A stretch of 26,300 bases of DNA, taken from assembly GCA_900757255.1 (NCBI GenBank), contig CAAENE010000183.1:1-26300 (forward strand), in the 5' to 3' direction. The notes beneath the pieces were generated by a model that saw only the letters and a list, made by a program, of their open reading frames with translations, made no database searches and was not told the origin of the DNA. The first letter of the stretch is position 1, and every line of letters starts with the position of its first letter. The translations under genes were made by a program, and so were the position numbers. Shown one piece after another: positions 8,521 through 16,651 of the stretch. This DNA is from Clostridia bacterium. GTDB taxonomy: Bacteria; Bacillota; Clostridia; HGM11514.

Positions 8521-9687
8521 TCAGACGGAGTTCTTTTTTTGATAAACAATTTTGCCGTTAATAATTGTAAATAGGGTATTGGTAAACAGTTCCATTGGGT
8601 TTCCGTCATAAATAGCAATATCAGCGTCCTTACCCTTTTCCAGGCTGCCGACGCGATGGCTTACATTGCAGATTTCCGCTGCGTTAATTGTGATAGCGCG
8701 GAGGCCTTCTTCGATTCCCAATCCTTCTTTTGCAGCAAGGCCGGCGCAAAGAGGGAGGTATTGAATGCGGGAGACGGGGTGGTCGGTTGTGATTGCGACT
8801 TTAACGCCGGCCTCATGCAGTAATCCAGCAGTTTTGAAATCCATATTCTGTACTTCTATTTTATTTCTTGATGCGATGGAAGGGCCGACAATAGCAGGAA
8901 ATCCGGCGCAGTTGATTTCCCGGGCAATTAAATGCCCTTCGGTGCAGTGGTCAAGGGTAAGGAGAAGGTCAAACTCTTTTGCAATGCGGATAGCAGTTAA
9001 AATATCATCCGCTCTGTGAACATGTGCTTTCAGGGGAATCTTTTTTGCAAGAACCGGCAGCCAGCATTCATATTCAAAATCCGGTTCAAAGGATTCGTTG
9101 TTTTGCCGTGCAGCTTTCTTTTGTTCCCGGTATTGTTTTGCAGCGAAAAGTTCTTTGCGAAGCATGGCAGCAATAGCCATACGGGTGGAAGGCATCATGC
9201 CCTTGCCATCGTAATTTGTTTTGGGGTTTTCACCAAAGGCGACCTTCATAGCAGCCGGTTCTAATACAACCATATCGTCAATCATTCTGCCGTCAGTTTT
9301 GATAAAAGCAAACTGTCCCCCAACGACATTGGAGCTGCCCGGGCCTACCATGACGGAGGTGATGCCGGAACTCACCGCATTATGGAACGCCGAATCCATT
9401 GGATTAATGGCATCCAACGCGCGCAGCCAGGGAGTGAGCGACTCGGTCATTTCATTACAGTCATCTCCTTCAAAGCCCTTTTTTTCCTCAGAAATTCCAA
9501 TATGGCAATGGGCTTCAATCAGTCCGGGCATGACCCAGCAGCCGCGCGCGTCAATTTCCGGAATGTCCTGTTTCACCTCAATATGTTCCGCCACATTTTC
9601 AATTTTGCCATTATTTATTAATACACATCCACTGTCATATGTTACTCCGGCCATTGTTAAAATTTTTCCATTTTTTATCAGTAGCAT
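8521..9687 (-). CDS. Metal-dependent amidohydrolase
   Basis: Motifs PGLIEAHCH (HxH), AHVHRADD, DHCTEG, TTDHP and GSLE.GKDAD. Start at ATG 9687 with a GAAAGGA RBS. Confidence 0.92.
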   Translation of the reverse strand: MLLIKNGKILTMAGVTYDSGCVLINNGKIENVAEHIEVKQDIPEIDARGCWVMPGLIEAHCHIGISEEKKGFEGDDCNEMTESLTPWLRALDAINPMDSAFHNAVSSGITSVMVGPGSSNVVGGQFAFIKTDGRMIDDMVVLEPAAMKVAFGENPKTNYDGKGMMPSTRMAIAAMLRKELFAAKQYREQKKAARQNNESFEPDFEYECWLPVLAKKIPLKAHVHRADDILTAIRIAKEFDLLLTLDHCTEGHLIAREINCAGFPAIVGPSIASRNKIEVQNMDFKTAGLLHEAGVKVAITTDHPVSRIQYLPLCAGLAAKEGLGIEEGLRAITINAAEICNVSHRVGSLEKGKDADIAIYDGNPMELFTNTLFTIINGKIVYQKKNSV

Positions 9688-9767
9688 AAGAAAATCCTTT
9701 CTATTTAAACTAAACATTATTCTTTACAAAACCAATTGAACTATACAAATTTGGTTGTGTTAATTGC

Positions 9768-9796
9768 GTATAATATTTTAAAAAATCCGCATACTA
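9768..9796 (+). promoter_or_regulatory. Putative forespore sigma-G (or sigma-F) promoter
   Basis: GTATA (9768-9772)-N17-CATACTA (9790-9796), matching the GHATR...CATAHTA consensus. Confidence 0.65.
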
Positions 9797-9833
9797 TTTT
9801 TGTAATTCAAATTAAAAAAGGAGTGAAAATAAA

Positions 9834-9992
9834 ATGACAAATAACTATTCTAATAATTCAAACAACAACAGCCAGAACTGCAGCAACAGCACCCAGAACA
9901 GTACTCAGAACAGCCAGAACAACAACCAGAGAAATAATCAGAACAACAGAAACAATCAGAACAACAACCAGAGAAACAACAACAACGACTAA
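9834..9992 (+). CDS. 52-aa Asn/Gln-rich low-complexity small protein (not in ORF track)
   Basis: AAGGAGTG RBS then ATG. Translation: MTNNYSNNSNNNSQNCSNSTQNSTQNSQNNNQRNNQNNRNNQNNNQRNNNND. It has its own promoter and terminator. Confidence 0.8.
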   Translation: MTNNYSNNSNNNSQNCSNSTQNSTQNSQNNNQRNNQNNRNNQNNNQRNNNND

Positions 9993-10030
9993 TGTGCAGT
10001 TAGTGCCGTAAACTAAGATTATGCGGTAAC

Positions 10031-10074
10031 AAAAAGCCATTCTACCTAATATTTAGATAGAATGGCTTTTATTT
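10031..10074. terminator. Bidirectional Rho-independent terminator
   Basis: AAAAGCCATTCTA/TAGAATGGCTTTT inverted repeat between convergent genes. Confidence 0.85.
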
Positions 10075-12302
10075 CATTTAAAAATTACGGTAACAGACTC
10101 CCATATCTTGATAAACACATTTGCGACTCTTTTCCAGAATCCTAAGTTTTCTGGATTACCTTCTAAATCGGACGTGTCAGTGACCGAATCCTCATCGATT
10201 TCTTCTGTTCGCAGTATAATTTGAATACTGGCAGGCTGGGGATTATCTTTTGATGTAAAGGAAATCATTTTTGTTTCAGCGTCCAGGTTAAGAAGATTAT
10301 TTTCGTTTTCATATTTATCGACCTGTTCATCAACTGCATTTTTAACTGTTCGGTTAGCGTTTTGTATTTTTCCTGTGGTGTTAACCCCCTCCAGACCTTT
10401 TTGCAGGACATCAATCAAACCGTTTAAAGTCTGCTGAGTGCCGCTGTCGAGAGAGGAGCTGCTTTGCTGAAGAACATTTTTTAAGGAAGTAAAAAAGCCG
10501 GTCATAGAAGATAAGCTTCCGCTTAAGTCAGAGGTAATATTTGCAGTATCGCCAAACATGGATTTCATGTCTTGTTCATACTGATTCAATGTCCCGTTGA
10601 GCCCTTCTACATCGCCGATTATTTCGTTGACTGTATCAAGAGAATTTTGGGCAGTATCGCCGACGTTGTTCATTTCACTCAATAGTTCGTCGGTACTTGC
10701 ATAGCCGCTGTCCAGGAGAGAAAAGTAGGTTTCGCCCAAATCAAGCGCCTTTTGTAAGGTGCCTGATAATTCCTGCCCGCGGGTGCAAAGTTTATCAACA
10801 GCGTTTAGAGTATTTTCAGTACTTGCCAGAAAGTCATTCAGCTTATCGAGGACTTCATCGGTATGATCTATAAACCTGTTAACATAATTGTTAATATCTC
10901 GAATTTGCTGTTTGATATCTGATATGGCGGAATTGATTTTATCATTTAGCTGCTGCAGTGCGCCGCCAATATTTTCAATAATACTGTCCAGACTCCCGGA
11001 ATTCTGCGGCTGAGAAAAGGAGGAGGGCAGGGGAATCGGCCGAATCAGCGTTTGAAGGCGTTCGAGTGCATGGCGCAGCTCACGCAGGTTATCCCGCATC
11101 CTGCCGGTATGTTCACCGAGATTCGAAAGAGCACTGTCTAAATTGACAATATCCTGATTGAGCCGGTCTGTGATATCTTTACGGTCTTCCTTGGTAGAGT
11201 TAAAATCCTTTAAGATCCGCTGATAATCAGCAATATCGGTCTGGATATTGGAAATAGAGGTCTGATAGCTTGTGATATCTGATTTTATATGGCTTAGATC
11301 GCTCACTAAATTGTTCACATGGGTATTGACGTCTCCAATTAACTGCTGCCCGTTTTGTAGATGGGGAATCAAGGTGACAAGCTGAGCGGATAAATCTGAT
11401 AAATCAGCAATTGCTGCATCCGCACTGTCATAAATGCCATCTTTTGAGGAACTCATCAGGCCGCGCGCTGTGTCCAGGGAGGCCAGGCCCCGCTGGGTGC
11501 TGGAAATTCCGCTTGAGGAGGCACTTAAAATTCCCAATATACTGTCCAGGCTGTCATAAATAGCATCTGCCGAATCACCAATCGTGTCTTTCGCTTCTTT
11601 GATTTGCTTGATTTGTTTCATTTGCTCTAAAGTACCGGGTATCATCATCATAACAATACCGGAAGATTCAAAATGATTGGTGCCGATACGCATAGTAAAA
11701 GTTGTATGTTCACCCGGAAGTGCGGCAAAAACGACCGCTTTATAGGTACCCATGGACTGTAGCTGCGCACCGGGGGCTTCCATACTGAGGGTATCCTGCA
11801 TATCGACCATGGAGGCAACCTGCAGGAGCAGGTTATTTTTATAATAATCGTCTGCATTTTCATTTGGGATACATTCGATATTGATTTCAATCAGGCCGGA
11901 GGCGCCGGCAAGGGATTTTGCTTCTGCCGGAACGCCGTTGAGTTTATAAGAGATATTGAACGCCCAGGGCATCTGGACAGCATTATCTTTGGGTTTACAT
12001 TCAAAGTAAAATCGTCCGTCCGATGACGGCAGGTTCCAGCGTACGCTGTTTTCCGTAAGTTCCGGCTTTACATAGTTAGACATGTTGGTCACTTTCTCAT
12101 ATACGCCGAAATCTTCAAATGAAGTATTGCCGTTAAGACTGCACCCCTTAACAATACTGGTATCCATAATAGCGCCGTAATAGTCAAGATTGACATAGAC
12201 AGCTTCATCAATTGAAACAGTCGGTGGCTCGGCAGAAACCGGAATACAGGAAAGGCAAATACACAAAATTAAAATGGTGCAAACAGCTTTTTTATCTTTC
12301 AT
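10074..12302 (-). CDS. Secreted coiled-coil protein associated with the MMPL transporter (YhgE/Pip-like accessory), 742 aa
   Basis: Signal peptide MKDKKAVCTILILCICLSCIPVSA; N-terminal globular region (DEAVYVNLDYYG...Y.LNG); long heptad-rich helical region; amphipathic C-terminal helix. Overlaps the MMPL stop; GAGGAGG RBS. Confidence 0.75.
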   Translation of the reverse strand: MKDKKAVCTILILCICLSCIPVSAEPPTVSIDEAVYVNLDYYGAIMDTSIVKGCSLNGNTSFEDFGVYEKVTNMSNYVKPELTENSVRWNLPSSDGRFYFECKPKDNAVQMPWAFNISYKLNGVPAEAKSLAGASGLIEINIECIPNENADDYYKNNLLLQVASMVDMQDTLSMEAPGAQLQSMGTYKAVVFAALPGEHTTFTMRIGTNHFESSGIVMMMIPGTLEQMKQIKQIKEAKDTIGDSADAIYDSLDSILGILSASSSGISSTQRGLASLDTARGLMSSSKDGIYDSADAAIADLSDLSAQLVTLIPHLQNGQQLIGDVNTHVNNLVSDLSHIKSDITSYQTSISNIQTDIADYQRILKDFNSTKEDRKDITDRLNQDIVNLDSALSNLGEHTGRMRDNLRELRHALERLQTLIRPIPLPSSFSQPQNSGSLDSIIENIGGALQQLNDKINSAISDIKQQIRDINNYVNRFIDHTDEVLDKLNDFLASTENTLNAVDKLCTRGQELSGTLQKALDLGETYFSLLDSGYASTDELLSEMNNVGDTAQNSLDTVNEIIGDVEGLNGTLNQYEQDMKSMFGDTANITSDLSGSLSSMTGFFTSLKNVLQQSSSSLDSGTQQTLNGLIDVLQKGLEGVNTTGKIQNANRTVKNAVDEQVDKYENENNLLNLDAETKMISFTSKDNPQPASIQIILRTEEIDEDSVTDTSDLEGNPENLGFWKRVANVFIKIWESVTVIFK

Positions 12303-14658
12303 TTGATTCATCCTCCTCAGCGACAGCGGCCGGTATCTTTTCTGATTGTTCAGCAGGCTGCTGGATATTGATTGCAGCACCGGCTGTATGGCGTTTCTTT
12401 TTTGCGGCATCTTTGCGGGCCTTGCGCGTTTTAGAAAGCTTTTTCAGCATCCTTTTCTTTTGTTTGCGTAATCGGCGCATCCGGTTAAGACGCTGGCGTT
12501 TCAGGTATTTTATACTGAGCTTGACTTTTTTCATTCGGTTTTCCCGAATCCTCTGCCGTGCGGCAATCCGTTTTTTCTGATTAAAAATTGCCTTATCAAA
12601 TAGCGTGAGCAAAATCGGCAGGAGGGTGAGAACCAACAGCATGCTGAGCAGTGCACCGCGTCCAACCAGACGGCCGATGTCCGCAATAGCAGCGACTGTC
12701 GATGTGAAATAGAGTCCATAACCGACAGTTGTCAATATGGTACCGGAGGTTAAAATTGATAAGGCGCTTTTAGAGATAGCGTTGATGGCGGCCTGCTTTT
12801 TGTCCAGATCCGTCCGAAAATCAAGATAGTTGTTGGTCAGGAGAATAGAATAATCAATCGTAGCGCCAAGCTGTAAGCAGCTCACGATGATATACCCCAT
12901 ATAAATCATCTTGTCGCCCAATAGATAAGGAATAGCCATATTGATAAAGATAGCGACCTCAATCGGTATCATAACAACAAGAGGAATAATACCGGACTTA
13001 AATGTAATTAAGATAACCAGGGCAACGCCGAGCAGAGATAAAATATTAACGAAATTATAGTCCTTAGTGATAATTTCCTTAATATCCTGAGTGGATGGTG
13101 TAACCCCGATAACATAGGAGTTTTCAGGGTAATATTTTCTGACAATCGACTGAATTTCGTCAGAGCATTGGAAAGCCAAATCGCTCTCATCTGCCGTCCG
13201 GATATAAATCAGCATCCTCGCGTAATCGTCAGTATGTAACATGCCGGTCAGGCTATTCGGGAGAAAATTTTCAGGAATCCCGTCCGGCAGAGTCTGTGCC
13301 AGAGAGGTAACAGATTTTGTATAGGATAAATTACTGATTTCCTCCGCCAGCAGCTTTTCGGTAACATTGGAGCTTTTCGGGACAATGGCTAACATCAGGT
13401 TGCTCCGCCCAAAACGGGAGTTGATTGCCTGTTCGTCCTCATAGACCTTAGTACCGGGACTGGATCCAAGCGCGCTGTTGCCATAAGAAAAGGTATTCAT
13501 GTTCTGCGCGGCAAAGGAGGGAAGAATCAAAATGATAACGATGATAAGAACGATCTTTCGGATTTTAAATACGCCCCGCCCAAGCTTATCAAAAGAAGGC
13601 ATAAATGGCCGGTGGGCAGTCTTTTCAATTTTGTCGCTCCAGCGCAGAATCAGAGCCGGCATTAATAACAAAACTGTCAGCAGGCTGATGACGATTCCCT
13701 TTGCCAGAACGATACCCATGTCGCGGCCGATAGAGAACTGCATGAGGGTGAGGACAATAAAACCGACAACCGTTGTCGCACCGCTGGACAGAATAGAGGT
13801 GACAGAGTTGCGGATAGCGTTTGCAAGTGCTTGTGTCGGCTCAATTCCGGTTTCTTTTTCGCGCTGAAATGAGTGCAGCAGGAAAATGGAATAGTCCATA
13901 GCAATCGCCAGCTGTAAAATGGCGGCAATACTAAAGGTCAAAAAAGAAATCGTCCCCAAAAAAATATTGGTTCCCATATTGATTACAATGGCAATCCCCA
14001 TTATCAGGAGAAAAAGGAACGGTTCAAACCAAGAGTTAGTAGTGAGGCATAAAATGAGCGCAATCATAAAAATTCCCATGACCATTGCAATGGCAACCTG
14101 ACGGACCAGCGTTTCACTAAGAGATTTATTCTGTACCGCAGAACCAGCAAAATACCCTTTTTCCCCGGTGATTTCCTGAATTTTATCAATTGCCTCGTGC
14201 GTTTTTTTGCTGGAATCACCCTCATCAAAGGTGACATCCATAACAGCGAAATCATCTTTATAGTAATTTTCAATATCCTTATAATTGACAAACAGGTTGG
14301 ACTGGTAGATATCGGTCGTGGTATCAGCCCACATGACCATATCAACACCATCGACTTTTTCGATCTGATCCTTATATAATTTAGCCTCGTAAAGGGAAAC
14401 CTCGCCGACCATAACCCGGGCAGTGCCAGGATAGCCGAACTGGTCTTCCATTAGTGTTAAGCCTTGTTTCGACGGAGCGAAAGAGGGAAGGTATTCACTC
14501 AAGTCATAGTTTACGCCGACAAAGGGGATGCAAATGATACTCGCAACGATTAGTATGCCAAAGATTTTTTCAATCAGTGATTTATTATTAATAATACCAT
14601 CCACAATACTATGCCGCGCTGCATTGTGATTAACTGATTTTTTACGAAGTCGCTTCAT
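12292..14658 (-). CDS. MMPL/RND family transporter
   Basis: Two repeats of 1 TM + extracytoplasmic loop + 5 TM, with LAIAMDYSIFL and LGATIDYSILL motifs. Start 14658 preferred for its RBS-like GAGTGG; 14676 is possible. Confidence 0.92.
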   Translation of the reverse strand: MKRLRKKSVNHNAARHSIVDGIINNKSLIEKIFGILIVASIICIPFVGVNYDLSEYLPSFAPSKQGLTLMEDQFGYPGTARVMVGEVSLYEAKLYKDQIEKVDGVDMVMWADTTTDIYQSNLFVNYKDIENYYKDDFAVMDVTFDEGDSSKKTHEAIDKIQEITGEKGYFAGSAVQNKSLSETLVRQVAIAMVMGIFMIALILCLTTNSWFEPFLFLLIMGIAIVINMGTNIFLGTISFLTFSIAAILQLAIAMDYSIFLLHSFQREKETGIEPTQALANAIRNSVTSILSSGATTVVGFIVLTLMQFSIGRDMGIVLAKGIVISLLTVLLLMPALILRWSDKIEKTAHRPFMPSFDKLGRGVFKIRKIVLIIVIILILPSFAAQNMNTFSYGNSALGSSPGTKVYEDEQAINSRFGRSNLMLAIVPKSSNVTEKLLAEEISNLSYTKSVTSLAQTLPDGIPENFLPNSLTGMLHTDDYARMLIYIRTADESDLAFQCSDEIQSIVRKYYPENSYVIGVTPSTQDIKEIITKDYNFVNILSLLGVALVILITFKSGIIPLVVMIPIEVAIFINMAIPYLLGDKMIYMGYIIVSCLQLGATIDYSILLTNNYLDFRTDLDKKQAAINAISKSALSILTSGTILTTVGYGLYFTSTVAAIADIGRLVGRGALLSMLLVLTLLPILLTLFDKAIFNQKKRIAARQRIRENRMKKVKLSIKYLKRQRLNRMRRLRKQKKRMLKKLSKTRKARKDAAKKKRHTAGAAINIQQPAEQSEKIPAAVAEEDESNER

Positions 14659-14798
14659 GTTTCCACTCTTTTCCATTTTATTTTATCACTGATTTATTTG
14701 AACCGGCAGCTGAAACTATTGGCAAAAGCACAAAAAAAGTATACCGAAAGCGCCTACAGCGCTGCTGAAGACGGCCGGAAATATCAAAATAGAATAAT

Positions 14799-14942
14799 TT
14801 AATCGTTATGCTCCTGATGCAGTTTCCGCTTTAAAATCATGGTAATATAGGCGGAAAGGGACAGGCCGATACTCTTAGCCTTCTGTTCGATTTGCTTTTT
14901 AAACTCTTCGTCCACACGGATATGTATCAGTTTATCCTTCAT
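14799..14942 (-). CDS. 47-aa ribbon-helix-helix (RelB/DinJ/CopG-like) DNA-binding protein (not in ORF track)
   Basis: MKDKLIHIRVDEEFKKQIEQKAKSIGLSLSAYITMILKRKLHQEHND, with an I.IRVD..K...A...G.S.S.YI..IL pattern. TAGGAG RBS. Confidence 0.85.
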   Translation of the reverse strand: MKDKLIHIRVDEEFKKQIEQKAKSIGLSLSAYITMILKRKLHQEHND

Positions 14943-14973
14943 GATTTTTATCTCCTATCGTTTAATGGGATAA

Positions 14974-15002
14974 ATTGTATCACAATGTATATACAATGTC
15001 AA
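14974..15002 (-). promoter_or_regulatory. Strong sigma-A promoter of the RHH gene with embedded palindromic operators
   Basis: TTGACA-N17-TACAAT with extended TG. Palindromes TGTATATACA (14986-14995) and TTGT-ATC-ACAA (14975-14985). Confidence 0.8.
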
Positions 15003-15027
15003 CACAAATGATACTTTGGATATAGAC

Positions 15028-15056
15028 AAAAAAACCGGGAATACATTCCGGTTTTT
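15028..15056. terminator. Terminator-like hairpin
   Basis: AAAAACCGG...CCGGTTTTT inverted repeat. Confidence 0.6.
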
Positions 15057-15213
15057 AGTAAATATTGAAAATTAAAAAAATTGGCAGCGAAAGCAAAGGC
15101 GGAGAAATAGCCGTTTTTAAGAGACAGCGGGCTGTGAAAGAATTTTTTCCCGAACAGATAATAAAAGTGAACTTTTTAATAAGGAGAAGCAGGAAAGGGA
15201 GAGCCTATGCATT

Positions 15214-15251
15214 AAAAACAAAACGGTGCAAAGTAAACTTTGCACCGTTTT
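15214..15251 (-). terminator. Terminator of tRNA-Val
   Basis: AAAACGGTGCAAAGT/ACTTTGCACCGTTTT stem immediately 3' of the tRNA CCA, followed by a T-rich run. Confidence 0.85.
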
Positions 15252-15327
15252 GGTGAAGATGAATGGACTTGAACCATCGACCCCCTGCATGTCAAGCAGG
15301 TACTCTAACCAGCTGAGCTACACCTTC
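15251..15327 (-). tRNA. tRNA-Val(GAC)
   Basis: GAAGGTGTAGCTCAGCTGGTTAGAGTACCTGCTT-GAC-ATGCAGGGGGTCGATGGTTCAAGTCCATTCATCTTCACCA forms a full cloverleaf with encoded CCA. Confidence 0.97.
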
Positions 15328-15423
15328 AAAGCTATTCAAATTAAGACAAAAAGAGTTCTATAGATGTATTTCAACACCGAAACCGGCTGTATCTATCGCC
15401 GGATCGTTTTAAAACCGAATTAT

Positions 15424-15452
15424 AGTATAGCAGACAAAGGCAAAAAAGTAAA
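15424..15452 (-). promoter_or_regulatory. Putative sigma-A promoter of tRNA-Val
   Basis: TTTACT-N17-TATACT with extended TG. Confidence 0.65.
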
Positions 15453-15565
15453 GAGTTTTTTTCGAAAACGGTTGAAATTCTATATAATCCGCATAGAATT
15501 TAGTATAGAAAAGAATAAATGCGGTAAGAATGCGGGTTTGCCCAAATAGAAATATGAAAAATATG

Positions 15566-15594
15566 TTGCTTTTTCCCTGAGTTTATTATAAAAT
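15566..15594 (+). promoter_or_regulatory. Putative sigma-A promoter of pfkA
   Basis: TTGCTT-N17-TAAAAT. A second candidate, TTGAAA-N16-TAGAAT, lies at 15472-15499. Confidence 0.5.
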
Positions 15595-15653
15595 GGAAAA
15601 GACAATAAGGTTGATTGAATATGATAATGTGTTAACAGACGGAGGGTTGCTTT

Positions 15654-16628
15654 ATGGAAGAAAAGATACAGACAATAGGCGTATTGACCAGCGGAGGCGA
15701 CGCACCGGGAATGAACGCGGCACTGCGTGCGGTAGTTCGGACCGGCATCAACGCGGGATTTAAAGTGATGGGTATACGGCGGGGATACGCCGGTTTGCTG
15801 TCCGGCGACATAGAGGAGATGAGCCTGCGGTCGGTATCAGATATCCTGCACCGGGGCGGTACAATACTGCAAACGGCGAGAAGTGCAGAATTTGCAACTG
15901 AAGCGGGTGTAGATAAAGCAATCTCCATGGCAAAGGTATTTGGAATACACGGGCTGGTGGTAATCGGGGGAGACGGTTCCTTCCGCGGCGCACGGGACCT
16001 GTCGCTGAAAGGACTTCCAACGGTCGGGATTCCGGGAACGATCGATAACGATATCGGCTGCACTGATTATTGCATCGGATATGACACAGCGCTCAATACG
16101 GTCATGGAGGCGGTGGATAAAATCCGCGACACAGCGACTTCCCATCAGAGGGGGAGCGTGGTAGAAGTAATGGGCCGCCATGCCGGGCATATAGCTCTTA
16201 ATATCTGTGTTGCAAATGGCGCCGAGGCTGTCATCATACCAGAAAAGCCGTTTGACTTTGACCGGGATATCATCCGTCCGATTATCGAAGGGAAACACAG
16301 GGGTAAAAAGCATTATATCATTATACTGGCGGAGGGCAGCGGCAGTGGAATTGAGCTGGCTTCCCGGATAGAAGAAATTACCGGTGTGGAAACGCGGGCA
16401 ACCGTGCTTGGCCATGTGCAGCGGGGCGGAAGCCCGTCGGTTCGGGACAGGGTCATTGCCAGCAAAATGGGGGCAAAAGCGGTAGAACTGCTCAAAGAAG
16501 GAATCGGAAACCGAGTTGTGGCACAGGTCAATAATAAGATAACTGATTTTGATATATTAGAAGGCCTCAGTATGGAAAAAACCATTGACGAGGACCTGTA
16601 TGAGCTTGCTAAGATATTGGCGCTGTAA
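15654..16628 (+). CDS. pfkA: ATP-dependent 6-phosphofructokinase
   Basis: Motifs TSGGDAPGMN, GGDGS, PGTIDND (ATP-type residues), EVMGR and LGHVQRGG. Confidence 0.96.
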   Translation: MEEKIQTIGVLTSGGDAPGMNAALRAVVRTGINAGFKVMGIRRGYAGLLSGDIEEMSLRSVSDILHRGGTILQTARSAEFATEAGVDKAISMAKVFGIHGLVVIGGDGSFRGARDLSLKGLPTVGIPGTIDNDIGCTDYCIGYDTALNTVMEAVDKIRDTATSHQRGSVVEVMGRHAGHIALNICVANGAEAVIIPEKPFDFDRDIIRPIIEGKHRGKKHYIIILAEGSGSGIELASRIEEITGVETRATVLGHVQRGGSPSVRDRVIASKMGAKAVELLKEGIGNRVVAQVNNKITDFDILEGLSMEKTIDEDLYELAKILAL

Positions 16629-16651
16629 GAAATTCTTGAAGGAGCGGGTAT

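Noticed and set aside
9858..10040. 60-aa Val-rich 'membrane peptide' on the minus strand
   Set aside because: It is the reverse complement of the AAC/CAG repeats. The plus-strand ORF has the RBS, promoter and terminator, while this ORF starts inside the terminator.
14677..14798. Toxin gene downstream of the RHH protein
   Set aside because: Only ~120-140 nt separate the RHH stop from MMPL, with no toxin-sized ORF.
7700..15251. Genomic island integrated at the tRNA-Val 3' end
   Set aside because: No integrase and no duplicated tRNA 3' end found; the native terminator directly follows the tRNA.
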